The notes beneath the pieces were generated by a model. It was not told the DNA's origin. It saw only the letters and a program-made list of their open reading frames with translations, and did no database searches. The position numbers and the translations under genes were made by a program. From Camelus dromedarius (taxonomy: Eukaryota), in contig NC_087437.1 in the NCBI RefSeq assembly GCF_036321535.1, forward strand, positions 76,076,001 through 76,140,000: a DNA stretch of 64,000 bases, read 5' to 3'. How positions within the stretch are numbered: the stretch's first letter is position 1; every line of letters begins with the position of its first letter. Of this stretch, positions 1 to 12,980 are shown piece by piece.

Positions 1-1097
1 AAGACACCACATTTTCTGTTGAATGATAATTACTCGGTACATCCTACCTCCATCATTAGGCCTTTCTCTTGATGATCCAAGACAAGTTACCTTTATATGC
101 TCAGAAGCATCTGGCTTCTCAGAACATCAAGATCAGTTAGTTGTGAAGGTTGTTACAAGCAACCATATGAACCTCCATACTAAATTATGGTGATAATTCA
201 CTATATTTATATGCTAGAATGGCTTCAAAATTAATCCCTATCTCTCTCATTCCCCTGAATTCAGATATTCCTTCTGGGGTCAGGGTGGGGGTCTGAAAAT
301 CATGTATAACGCTGACATGCAGGCCAAGGTGGCATGTGATGTGTGAGAACAACCAGCTACTTGGGCTGTGGAAAAATAAGATTGACAACCCCTAGGGTCT
401 AGAACAAAGTAGGAGAAAAATAAGTATTTTCAGCATAAATGAAAGATGAATAAATGAGTAAGTGAACTGGAGACAGTATCCCTGGGACAAAAATAGTCAA
501 GAAAAGTGAAACTAATGTAATGACCATGAAATACCTCAAACTGTAAACTGGATACTTTAATAACTTACAGTTATCTGATTACTTTAATTCTCCAGGGATC
601 TACTTTCAAACTCTTGAAAGGAAGGCAAAAGTTGGGGGAAATGATGCTCCAGATTATCACTCAGATTTAATAAGAAGGCAAGAGACAAGAATGAAAGAAA
701 AGATAAAAAAAAAATCTTTCGGGAAAGACAAGGGCAAAGAAGGCAAAATTTTATTTCAGCAATGAGGAGGAGGAAAAATTGTTAATTTTTTATAGTAGCA
801 GAGGCCTACCTTTCTAAGTATTTTGCCAGTAAAACCCCCATGCATTATAAAATTTGGCTTCTTGTTCTGGAATAAAAGCAAATCAAGCTAGCAATCTATA
901 TGTAATGAACGGAGCAACCGGTGGGATTTTTTTCAAAAAGAGTCCTTTTTTTTTTCTGCACTGCAACTCTAGAATAACTGAAATCAGGTCATTTAATGTC
1001 AGTGGACTCTGTACTTGAAGGACTCAAGACTCAGTATCATCAAATTATTGTTCCTGAGACTGTTAGTGATGGAGTCTGACGGTCCCTATCCAAAATA

Positions 1098-1279
1098 CAG
1101 TTGACCGCTGAACAACACAGGTTTGAACTGCAAGTGTCTAACTATACATGAAGCTTTTTCAATAAAAACATACTACAGTACTAAGTGATCCACAGCTGGT
1201 TGACTCCACAGATGGGGAAACCGTGGCTACAGATGGATTACTGTAAAGTTACATAACCCCTGCATTCAAGGGTCAACTG
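1098..1279 (+). mobile_element. Tigger2-family non-autonomous DNA transposon (MER8/MER28-like MITE)
   Basis: Terminal inverted repeats CAGTTGACCGCTGAA...TTCAAGGGTCAACTG flanked by TA (1096-1097, 1280-1281); the internal start AACAACACAGGTTTGAACTG resembles Tigger2. Confidence 0.85.
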
Positions 1280-1554
1280 TACTGAATATTTATCTTATAA
1301 AAACAAACCAACCCCTGTATTCCCTTTTCTTTGCTAGGATGAGTTACTCAATTAGAAACTCGTAATACTGAACTAACTGTAAATCAACCTGGTGATAAAT
1401 TAGGAAAAACTTCACTTGAGTATATTCTTCAAATGCAGCAAGCCCATTCATCAAGACCTTTACTGAGGTCAAACTGCACAAGAAATTTAAAGAAGAAATA
1501 TCATAAAAGAAACATTACAAAGCAAATAACACATTTAACAAAGGGAAAAAATGG

Positions 1555-1737
1555 ACACTGAAGCCTAACAGACCTCACTGAGAATCCTGCCTCTACCAAT
1601 TACTTGCTGTAAAGTTACTCATATTGCTGATCTTTCTTTATGTTAAATCTGAATAATAGTTCTACTGTGAGAACACTTTTTCTATAACACCCAACACGGA
1701 GCCTGGCACCTAGAAGGGTCTCACTCCATGTTAGTAA
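1555..1737 (+). mobile_element. MIR SINE remnant
   Basis: agacctcactgagaatcctgcctctacc...ttacttgctgt...gcctggcacctag resembles the MIR head and tail. Confidence 0.5.
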
Positions 1738-2864
1738 ATCCTCCCTTCACCCACAAGCTTTTTAGAGGGAGTATGGGTTTAACAGGCAGCAGGTGCTCGC
1801 TTAACTCAGCTTAAGATGCTGTTCCAGAGAGAGCACAGAGGACTCCCATTTAACAGTGGTCCACATGCTTCCCAGATGATACAACCTCCAGCCTCAGAAA
1901 CTGAAAAAGAAAGATGGTAAGTTTCCTTTTTTTGTCTCAGTGATATACAGTCAGTGCCTTGGTACAGTCATAAATTTTGTAAGATCCTCTATGCTTTCTA
2001 CCCTCTTGTCTCACAACTTAGGCAATCAGTACCCTTCAGCTTTTAAAACACTGTGTAAATTTAAATGTGTCACAGGGGTATTTTAGAGTTTAAACTGTTT
2101 CCTAAATGTCCAATAAAACCCCATTCAAATCATATTAATGGAAATTCAGACCAAATGAGACAGGGGAAGGTAAGGGAGGCCCACAAAATCTCACTGTTAG
2201 ACAACCATACATTCTAGCCCCAAGTAAGGCCTCTCCTGGGTCCAACTAAGACTGCAAAGCTTCAGAGCTTCTTAGGGACTATAGAGAAAAGGAGAAACCA
2301 GCCCAAAGAAATGGTGATAAAGTTACCACTTTAGCCCTAGAGCTTTCACACAAATTAGACCGACCTGCTAAAAATCTTCCAAGAGAATGTTGCTGCTTTC
2401 AAGACACACCTTGCTTCCATTCTTTCAGGGGGTCCTGCTGACAAAGATGCTGGCAAACACCCCAACTTTGAAGACCTGTGCATCCTAAAATTCTCCCATT
2501 TTCTGTCAAAATTGATATCATCCCTCCAAGGCCCAGGTCACATACCATTTCCCTTCTAAAGCTTCCTTTAAGAGCTTTGATCGTACTTGACGTTGTTGGT
2601 CAAGCACTTTTCATGCTGCTTCGGTCTGTGTTAACTGTGCCCTCCCCACCCCCAAAACAGGTTGTGAACTTCTAGGAAGAAGGTGTCATGGTTTCATACA
2701 TTTTTTCCACCCGGGCCTCAAATGGAGCCTGGTACATAGCAGTCCCTGAAAAAGTAACTTATGGCTTAAAATTTCCTTACATTACACTTAATCACATATA
2801 ACAACTTCCCAGAATGACATGTTCCTATGCATAGTTTTAAAACAACACTAATACACACCTAATA

Positions 2865-3060
2865 TTTATTAATACTATTTGTCCCATACTTAGTATTCAT
2901 TATCTCATTTAATCCTTACAAGAACTCTCTGAAGCAGGTACTACGATGCATCTCAGCTGAAGAAGCTGAGGGTTAAGTCATTTGCCCAGGGCCACACAGT
3001 CAGCAGCGGAGAAGCTGGCACTATAACCAGGAAGCCCAACTTAACAGCCCAAATGCTCAC
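2865..3060 (-). mobile_element. MIR SINE
   Basis: attatctcatttaatcct...gaagctgagggttaagtcatttgcccagggccacacag is the reverse MIR core. Confidence 0.75.
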
Positions 3061-4861
3061 CTAGGACAAGCTGTTCTAACATAAAGCCTTCCATCTGTCA
3101 ACTCTCTGGGCAGTTCCCATAGAACAAATAGCTTATGAGCCATGGAACTACCTAAAGGAGCACTGAGGGGCTGGAAAGTGAACACTTGCAAGGGTTCATG
3201 GCAGAAGAGCAAGTGTACATCTCGGATGACGCCGAGACAGATTAGATTGACTTTAAAACTCTTTGAAGATAAAAGCCCTATGAGTGCTAATCATTACTAT
3301 TTATTGTAATTCTAATGACAATTCTAAACTGTAGACAGATTAAATGAAAAATATCTCATTCAATAAAGTAATACTCTCATTTTAGAAGCAATTCAGTCAC
3401 TCTATTCACACAAAGAGTGTCTTTAAATGCACTCCTTATTGAAAAGCAGTAGCTCTTCAAGCTGAAACTTTAACTCTGACAAGATGTTATCTACATGCTC
3501 TCATGAATACTAATACGACACCCACTATTCAAAGGGCTTAGCTATACTGGCAGTTCTGGTCCCTGTGCCCTTACCTATGAAGGAATGTGTATTCGAAGAT
3601 CTCTAACACATACCCCATGATGTTTAGCTTAACATGGTCCTCAAAGTGCACACAGCTCTAGGCTAAAGATAGAGACAACAGCTACCCTGAAAGAGATAAG
3701 GCACCAAAGGAAGTGGCTTAGGGAAGAAAAACTACACAGAGAATTCAGTAACAGGCTACAGCATGTTCCCCATCATACAGCCCTTGCCCACAAAAGCCCA
3801 ACTCTCTGTTTGCCCATAATTTCATGGTGGCATTTACATTCTTCATCATAAAGTCACCACATTCTTATTCTTCAACAAGCGTAGCATCACACATTTCCCT
3901 CTTTTAGTTTGTACCCCACATACCATTCTCACCTTCTAGGCAAGCCCCTCTGAACCCCCATTTCTGAGACGCTGTCTTTATTTTCCCCAGCTCCTGTCTG
4001 TTTCCTTCCTGGGCACCTTTTTTGAGCACCCACATTTAATGGATATGCCATGTTTTTGGACACTTGATTGTGTAACAATCATTTTTCTGTATAATATATG
4101 TATGATGATTCTGTGTGTATTCCTCCCACAGAGACCCTTGAGGGTAAAGAACATGCCAGATGTTTTTTTCTGGATCTGCAGAGCAAACTTCCCTGTGCTA
4201 GACAGGGAATACGTGAGGAAGTGAACATAGAAACAATACTTGTCTGCTTTCTTATTATGCCTTTTCTTTGTGTTGTTTTGCTAGAAGGCAGAAGAGATAT
4301 AAGGCTTGAAAAGAAAACATGCAAAGAAGAAAATACAAGAACCCAGAAGGCTCAGGAGGGGAGGAGAGAGAAGAAAAACAGGCAAATTGACAAGGCAATA
4401 TAATAAATACAATGAAATCTAAGTCGCTTCCAAACAGCTGTCAGTACTAGTCTGAAAACATGTTCTCGTAGCTTTCTTTATTTCCTTCTCTGGTCATTTG
4501 TCAATGACTCTCACTATTCTCTCAAAACAGAATATGTAGTACCTTCAGCTCACCAGCTCTCTTTGCCTTTCATAACTGGTCTGTTAATTAACCCCAGCTC
4601 TGAACTCATCCAACCATTTTTTCTTCCCTAGTCTATCCCCAGGTTGCCGGCTGCTCCCGTGGTCTGACACTGTTACAAGAACCTCCGGCTGTCTTCAGTG
4701 CTCGTTCGCAGTCTTTTTCACTTGTCTTAGTCTCACCCAATCCCATGGTGCCTATTATTGGTTTCTCCTCAACCCCTATTGATGATGATGAGTGAGGGTA
4801 ATAATAGTAATTATATACATGTGTAAAATGCTTCTATGTATATATAATGTTTATGTATATA

Positions 4862-5295
4862 TTGCTTCCTATGTGCCAGAAGCTAAGAGCTTTAAACTTA
4901 ACTAATTCTTTTAACTCACAAGCCTAAGAGGTAGGTACTATTTTAATACCATTCTAATCTGCTTTTTACAGATGAGAAAACTGTGGCACAAATAACATAC
5001 AGTTTGTCACGTTTCGTTTATAAGTTAACAAAGGTTTTTATTATATGTACTGTGACGTGAGTGAGATGTAATTAACACATCGGCAAGAAGCTGAGGCACA
5101 AGAAGATGAGCTCATAGAATCTTCTCATTTACTGTCAGTGAAGCTGGATACATATTTACTGATCACCTGATTAACTATGCATTATATTTGGACATTATAG
5201 AATGTCCAAGGTCACACAGCTAGCTCGTAATTGGTGGGGCCCGTATTTGAACTCAGGAAGGTCTGGCTTCAGGATCCAGTTCTTGACCATTATAA
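4862..5295 (-). mobile_element. MIR SINE interrupted by a ~205-bp insertion (4999-5203)
   Basis: gaggtaggtactatt...ttttacagatgagaaaactgtggcaca (to ~4998) resumes as gtccaaggtcacacagcta...atttgaactcagg (from ~5204). Confidence 0.75.
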
Positions 5296-5324
5296 TAACA
5301 TTGCCTTCTAATAACTAACTTGAT

Positions 5325-5500
5325 TAAACATTTGCTACATGCTAAACACTTTATATACAATAATTTCCTTAATCCTCCATATACCTCTTGGAGAAAATAA
5401 CTATAACAGGAAGCAACTGAAAACGACAAAGCTTAAACAACATGGCGGGGCCAGGATTCAAACCTACGGTCTTCTGTCCCCAGAGCCCACGCTTCTCCAG
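5325..5500 (-). mobile_element. MIR SINE remnant
   Basis: tgctaaacactttatatac...ttaatcctc...ggcggggccaggattcaaaccta...ccagagcccacgct. Confidence 0.6.
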
Positions 5501-6249
5501 ACTGTCTTTCCCACCACAATCCTAGTCATTCTAAGAAAATGCCTTTGCCTCCTGGTTAACAGAGTGGTCTTCATATGTAGACCTCGCCTACCAATTTCAA
5601 AATTGCTTCTTTTCATCTTCTGCCTTTTCTCAAAGGCAGAGTTTCAAGGTTCACATTTCAACTCCTCTCACTCCCAGTCTGTGCTTTTCATCTTTCCTCC
5701 TACCCTGGGCCGTTGATGAACTGTCAACAGTTCCTTCTCGTTAATACCTTCTCCGCCAGTCTGTACACAATCTCAAGTCTAAAGCTTCTCTGAAACCTCC
5801 TCCTCCTCCTTTAACTGGTCCTCTTTTTTGGTACAAACTGGCCTCTAGCCGTCAGGCCAGGAGACTGCCTAACCCCAAGTCACTAGCAGCCAAGAAGAAC
5901 TGGCCTGCCTGGTACTAACACTATTCACAGGCTCCACCTTGCACTTCATTTATTGACTTGGTTCCTAATCTTCTTGGTCTAAACCCCAGGATTAATTTCC
6001 TAGAAATCACAACTCATTCCAACTGTGTCACAGGCCCTGGCTTCTCTACCTCACCATGATTCACACTTAGATCTTTGATTTCCAGCCTCTCAGAGAAAAC
6101 ACCTTGCCTGGGCTAGGCCTCTGTCTCCACCATAACCCTGGGGAGTATGCCAGAACCTGCCTGGTGCTTAGGAACTGGACATGCCTTCCTTGGACAGAAA
6201 CATCTGGAAAGCATATACATATCTCTTCTACTTTCTCACCATAAATTCA

Positions 6250-6918
6250 AATCATTGCAGCTGGCTTCTTGCCCCGATATCTAATCTCTCACCAAGTTCT
6301 GTCCCTTCTACCTCTTACATTTATGGTCCACTCCTCTCCATCCCCCACGCTGGCTCAGCAGCCTGGTCTTCTTATCTACAGCTGAGCTGACTTCAGTTCT
6401 CCACCCCACAGATACCTGCTCATGTCCTTCTCCTGCATGAGTCTCTTTAATAGCCCTTCAGTGTACTCAGGAAGAAGCCCAAGCCACTTCCTTCATACAG
6501 CACAAGACTCCTCCTGACCTCATCCCTACCTACTTTTACGGATCACATTTCTTTGCTTCATTCGCACTCTTAAAGCTCTGCCTGCACTGAGCCACGTGCC
6601 ATCACCTAGAATTCACCACGGACTCTCACCCCTTGACCTCTGTGCTGCTGTCTCCTCGCAGCGGAACCCTCATCCCTGCTTCAGAGCAGAGCATGGATCT
6701 CACTTCAGCCCTTGTTGGCTCCTTCTAGTCCGAGAGAGAGGTGCTTCCTAGGTGCCCCCACAGCACCCTATGTTCAGTAGTCACAATGAAATGGCACGCT
6801 TCCCTCTTCATATCCACTTGGCTTTGAGAGAGCAGGAAGCTGTATAATGTTCACCATGGTATTTGCAAGGCCTGACACGGAGCTGGGCCCACTGTGGGCC
6901 AATATTTGTTGGGTGAAA
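6250..6918 (+). mobile_element. L2 LINE 3' remnant
   Basis: Pyrimidine-rich body ending gcctgacacggagctggg...caatatttgttgggtgaa, like the L2 3' terminus. Confidence 0.55.
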
Positions 6919-8320
6919 AGCTCCAGGTCTGCTCCTCATTTGCCACTGCTTCTGCTCCACTGTCACCATGCCCTGCTTTTTCTTCCTGCTCTGTGACCCT
7001 CCATCTCAGAAATTCCTTGCACCAACTTCAAATAGCTACTCAAACTACCAACCAAAACACCTGGCAATTTTATGTGTTTGAAAGTATTAGTTTCTATGCA
7101 GCAAATGTCAAAACGACTCAATGAATAATCTTGACCTCACAAGAGAAATAATTAACTATTCCCTTTTCTCATGTGCCCATCACTGAACAAATAATAATCT
7201 TCTGTGAACCAGTTTACATACAGCCTTTTAAAATGGAAGAGTGATCGCACGTATCTTTAAAAATTAAATATATTAAACCCCACCTAAAATGACCAAGTTG
7301 TTAAAATTATTTTTTCATTTACATTAACTTAAAAAAAATTTAAACTAATAAAAAGATCTGAATGTCTTTCACCATCCTGATCTTTAATTACAACTTAAAA
7401 AAACAAAGCCAGAGACAATGGTTCCAGTTAAGAAACAATAATCTATGATACTTTTACTTGGAAATCTCTTTTTCCCAAGCTACTGTTTCGTACTCTAAAA
7501 AGATGGCAAATTATGTGTTAAATTTAATTCTTAAATAAAGCAAAACTTCTCAGTTTTAATGGCCACAAAAGTCTTTATTTTTTCCACAACAGAAAGAAGA
7601 ATTGATATTTCTTATTTTAGCAGTTTTAGTGTTTATTGAAGTAGCTTATCCTAGTTTCTGCAACGCCCACTTGCTTTACACCTTGGCATACTAGGATTGA
7701 GTTAACTTGTCATTTACTGAATTATACATTTTAAGACGGTGGGATGTTGCTTATCTTTATATTCCCAAATGCTTGGAATACTGCCTTGAATATATTATGT
7801 ATTTAATAAAAAGTGCTTGAAAATGCATTAACTAAATGATTTTATATCAGACCGCACATTTGCCAAGGAAATTAATTAGAATACACAGGGAGCTGTGATA
7901 CATTTATAGCTTCTGTTTAACTAGAGTTAAGCAGAAAACAGTTTGTTTTATACTTGCTTCACACTTGGTTAAAATTTTTTCTTAAATACATTCCAATTTT
8001 CTGACTTAATACACATGATACAAAAGCGCTTATTTGCTGATTCAGAGTCATAACAGTGCCCTGTTCAGAGCCCTGACCATTCCATTTATATTCTTTCAGC
8101 TGTTATACTCCTTTAAAGTGTTTCGTCTGAATGTGCTTTAATTTCAATGCCAAGTACTGAAAGCTTTTTTAAAATTTACTAAATGTATTAAATTCACGAC
8201 ATTTGTTTTAAAAAGTTCTTCATTTCATAGAATTAACAAGTTCCTATTTGTATACCATTTGCTTGTTTTTCTTGTCCATTTTAAAAACTACCAAAGTGAG
8301 AATATAAATAGCTAGACAAG

Positions 8321-8493
8321 GTGGGGAGACAAGTATAGCTCAGTGGTAGAGCGCATGCTTAGCATGCACGAGGTTCTGGGTTCAATCCCCAATACCTCCA
8401 GTGAATAAATAAACAAATAAACAAATAAAAATGAGTAAGCAAGCCTAATTACCCCCCCAAATTAAAAATAATAATAATAATAAAAAAATTTTT
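8321..8493 (+). mobile_element. tRNA-Ala(AGC)-derived camelid SINE (vic-1 type)
   Basis: gtatagctcagtggtagagcgcatgcttagcatgcacgaggttctgggttcaatccccaatacctcca (A and B boxes), an A-rich linker, cctaattacccccc and an AT-rich tail; TSD taaatagctaga at 8305-8316 and 8494-8505. Confidence 0.92.
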
Positions 8494-8637
8494 TAAATAG
8501 CTAGAAGTTTCAGTACAACCCTAAACTCATTCCTCCTTCCTTCCATTTTTCTCTCAAAGCACAGTATGAGAAGGCATTATCCACATGTTTACTGAGGCAT
8601 CTTATAATATTTTTCTTAAAGCCTAATTTACATAAAT

Positions 8638-8656
8638 CTGCTCCCTCTGCTGGCCG
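8638..8656 (-). promoter_or_regulatory. CTCF-like core motif
   Basis: Minus strand CGGCCAGCAGAGGGAGCAG versus consensus TGGCCA(C/G)(C/T)AG(A/G)(G/T)GGCG; motif only. Confidence 0.5.
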
Positions 8657-9299
8657 AATTTTTACCTTCTAGCATCCTGTTTAAACACAAAGGAAATGCT
8701 TTATAGTATAAAGAGAGCAAAGCTCCTCCATAAAGAATTATAAACCAAATAAACCTGGAAAATCACTTAAGACGCTTTTCTATATCATAAACGCATGGCA
8801 TTTGCTGATTTTAGGGAGAAGCAGTCTTCCAAGTATTGAGTTAAATCCAGGAATTTTCAAATTTAGTATCATTTTTCCCCTCAATTAAGACTCTTAACTC
8901 TACTGAGACCATTTTTCATTAATTCAGTTCCTTTTTAGCTAGCATCTCCACAGTACTTTGCAACAAGTATCTAACCACGTGTTTCCATATTTGCACAAGA
9001 GCATTACGCAGAGAGGGCGAGCAGGGGGGATTGCTCTCACTTACACACAAGAGTTAATGCCAACAACGGGTTACAGTGCTACCCACAGGCCCACACTATT
9101 TGTTCTCTCACCTTCTTTTTCAAAGATGGAAGCTATTTTGCTGACATATCTAAGAAATTCTGTTTTGATTTTTATAATAAAGCTCTTTGTAATAGAAATT
9201 TGGGTACATTTCACTAATAAGTTCTAAATATAATTTCTAATAGGAAAAATCAATACTGCTATAAAAACCTGGGCTACTTTAATCACTACTTTCCAATTA

Positions 9300-9520
9300 G
9301 GTACCATGTTATAACTTAAAAAGCACTTATTGCATACGTTAATTTATTTAATATTACTCAATCCCATGAAACGGGTATAATTAATCCCATTTTACAGCTG
9401 AGTAAGAGAAGCCTCAAAGAGATTTACATAATCTTTCCAATGTCACTGGGAGGGAAGAGGGGTAGGGGGAGAATCAGGACACAGTCTAAGGCTCTGGACT
9501 TTAATCCCAAAGCACAGTTA
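9300..9520 (-). mobile_element. MIR SINE remnant
   Basis: atcccatgaaacgggtataattaatcccattttacagctgag...ccaatgtcac. Confidence 0.6.
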
Positions 9521-12500
9521 CTTTCTTCCTCCTAACTGAATCACTGATTTTAGTTTTTAATCAATACATTTATTTTGGGAGGAAAAGTAGTTCCATTTTA
9601 CAAGCCTTTTTTTCTGCAATTTTTTTAGTCTCTTAGACTTTACTTTAAGCTGGAGGATTCCCAAATTTCCATTCATATCTCAAAATAGTGCTTCACATGG
9701 ATTTAGACATACTATATACATCGGGGAGGGAGGGAATAGGGGAATAACAAAGCATATGTATCTGTGACTCAGTGTACTTTTCTTCACTTTGCATTTTGTA
9801 AATATTGATGTTGCAGCTCCTAACATGCTCTCTGAAGTTGTTATGACTGACAGCCCATGAGGGTTGTGTCTTTCAAAACAAATATGCTTTATTGATGGAG
9901 AGCATGTGCATCTCCAGTTAATTATTCTGAGAGGCAGGGTGGAACAAACAACTTGATTTCTCAGTTCAGCATTCTACATTGAAGACAATAGGCAGGTTAT
10001 AGCTTAATACACATCATGAAAGCTTGTCATTCCCATGAGCAACACAACATGTAAGGGAAGGGTACTACAAATCTGCCATATAATCCCAGAGCAACATACA
10101 ACTTCCTGTGTTTGTTGCAAATATTTTTAAGTATAAACAAAAATTCAGAACATATTTAATACAAAAAAAAGCCCTTACATATGCCCAAGTTATTTTCTGG
10201 ATTATAAAATATGTAATAACATAACAGTTTGATAATAAAAGTAAGTTGGGGTAAGAATTTGAAAAAAACCAACGGGAGTAAATAAAATATGCTCTATCTT
10301 GATTGAGCATACTTGCCTAATTTTAGGGGGAAAAAAAAAACCTGTCATTGTCTGATGTGTACCAAGAGTCACACTCTAACAGCTAATATCAGATGTATTA
10401 TTTATATCGCATTATAGCATTTCTCAAACTGGAGGGTAAGGTTCATTGAGGAGTCAAAGAATTCTGCTTGCAGCTGTCTGGATTCGGTGACAACCAAATC
10501 TGTTTTTGAGAAGTGGGCAAATTCCTCCTACAGCTCTTACATAGCTCCTCTAGGGAGACCTCCTGATTCCAAATCAACCTTATAAGGACCTATTAATGGA
10601 CTAGCATTAAGAGAGATGACACTGATTATAAAACATGAGTTGGACCAATAAAACACCTGGTGAGATAAGATCTATACAGTAAAGAAATAATTTGGGAACC
10701 AGACAGCATGCAATAGAGTGCCAACAAATATGGTCCAATTTGGGAGCAGACAGTACACAATAATAAGACATTATTCTCCATTCACTTTGATGATCTCAGT
10801 TCATCCCACTGTTAACCGTTATAACTAGTGGCTAAACTTAACCACACATTACTGAGGAAATGCCAAGGGTGAATGCCAGGTTGTGGGATTTTCCTGTCAC
10901 TGCAAACTCTGCCAACTCTGACCTGGCTTCTCTTACTCTGGGGATCTAGCAAAAATAGTCCTTTGAAAAATTCCTGAAAAGAACTACTCAGATCCTTGTT
11001 GTGTTGTTATTTAAGAGTAGCGGCTGGAGTAGCGGCTGCAGCTTTCCACAGGATGAGGAAGTTGGAAAGAAGTCAGGTGGCTGGCCATTCCTGAAACCTC
11101 AGGCTTGATTTAATAATTGGCTGGGACTTTATGGGAAAGCAATGCTTAAGGGAGAATTAAACTGGGATTTTGTTGACATTCACATAGAAACTGGTCAATG
11201 ATGACCTGAGACAGGCGTAAAGTGTCGTAACATTTTCATGCTTCTCATACGCATTTTTTCTCTTGCTTGTAGAGTTTTTGAGTAGAGAAAAGACGGGAAC
11301 CATGGGCCCAATAACAGAACCAGATTAAGGATGCCCAGCATCTAGTCCTGGTTTTCACTTCACAAAAAGAGAAAGATTCAATACTAGACCTGCTCAAGGA
11401 CAAAATAAGCAATTGATGAAGTAGAAAAACTGTGAAAGGTCTTTGGGTGTCAAAAGGTTGGTCTAGACGACCTTGAAGGCCCATGATTACCACTCTCTGC
11501 TATGATTTTACTTCAGTAACTCCAGCTGAGACCAGGCTGTATTGCAGAGTCCCTCCTCTCCTTTACATAGGCCTCCACTCCCTCGTCTCACCTCCTAGCA
11601 GGTAGATAAAGACACAATAAGTCAGCTTTCAAAGCCCCTGACACAGCCTTTACATTGGTGACAATTTCTTACCTGTATAGGTGGGTTAAAAAAATGGCAA
11701 CAGCTGTTTTGTATATCTCTTTCCTACATTGCTTTTCTCATAGTCTACGCCAACCCTTCCACCATTAATTAACACTGAATTCTATAATTTGAAAATTGAA
11801 TACAATTTTGAATTTTGTATATCCCCACTAAGTTGTTTTTAATTACTGACATTTTAAATACTTTCCATATGTTTTGTTAGGAAAAATAAAGTCTCCAACA
11901 TTTAAATAAGACTTTCCAACATCTTTTTAGAGAATGTATGGGAATTTTTTTTTTCCCTTAAAAGAAAAGGTCATTTCTAACAGCTTCAAATCAAGGCCAT
12001 GGAGGCCCCTAGTAATTTTTTTGCCTTACAAATAATTTAGTGTATGCTTTATTGTGGAAATGTTAAATTCTCAGAGAGTAGGAGATTCAGATTCCTAACA
12101 TATTGGTTAGGATTCAACCACCTTTGCCCTACTTTTGTATTTATTAAGAATCACAAGAGCCACATCTGGAGCAAAACTCTGCCTATGACACCGGAAAATT
12201 TGAACACCACAATATGCAGCTGAGACAGGTAATAAATGTGGCCAAATCTGGGACTTTAAATCCTGGTTCTTTTCACATCAATCCAAACCATTCACGTGCC
12301 AAGAGGTGAACTAGCTGAAACACTGAGGAGTTCCTTGGGGACAGAAAGATTAATGGGAATCGTAAGCACCTGATATATGAACAGTAGACAAAGGGGGCTG
12401 TCCTTGACAACTGAAAGTGCTAAATTATTAATTGTGCCAAGTCCCGGCAACTTTTGTCAATATTCTTTCAACACCTATCTTTCACACAGTTTACAACATT

Positions 12501-12769
12501 TACTTTTTAATCTAAAAATTACAATAGGTTCATAGTCATAGAAATTCAGTCATCATATGCCCATTTTAATATGTTATGCCTAATCTTTAGGATGTACAAA
12601 GTCAAAAAGAATGCTGTGTAATAAAAACAATGAACACTTCTCAGAAATTTACTTTGAATTTAGTAAACCACACTTTTATTGTAAGGGAAGATCTATGGGT
12701 TTACTACTGAAAATGGAATTTTCATGTATACAAAATATGCTTTTTATCTTTTCCTTTCTGGACTTAATT

Positions 12770-12980
12770 ATGTATCAGGGCACTATTCCACCTACCATTA
12801 TTAGTTCATTTACTCCTCAAAACAACTCTATGAATTAGGAAGCATAATTATCCACATTTGACAGAAAAAGCAACTGAGGCTTGGAGGCAAACTTGCCCAG
12901 GGTAAACAGCTAGGATACTAGTGCACTGGACACCAGGATTCAGACTCAAGTGGTGCAGCTGCCACACTACACTGCTGTCT
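12770..12980 (-). mobile_element. MIR SINE
   Basis: tcatttactcctcaaaacaactctatga...aactgaggcttggaggcaaacttgcccagggt...caggattcagactc. Confidence 0.75.

Noticed and set aside
6886..6900. Short palindromes ggcccac-t-gtgggcc and actcagctgagt (29133-29144)
   Set aside because: Palindromes of this length are expected by chance several times in 64 kb.
8333..8400. Apparent tRNA-Ala gene (also 21181-21245)
   Set aside because: Broken acceptor stem, SINE body and tail, and flanking TSDs show these are tRNA-derived SINEs.
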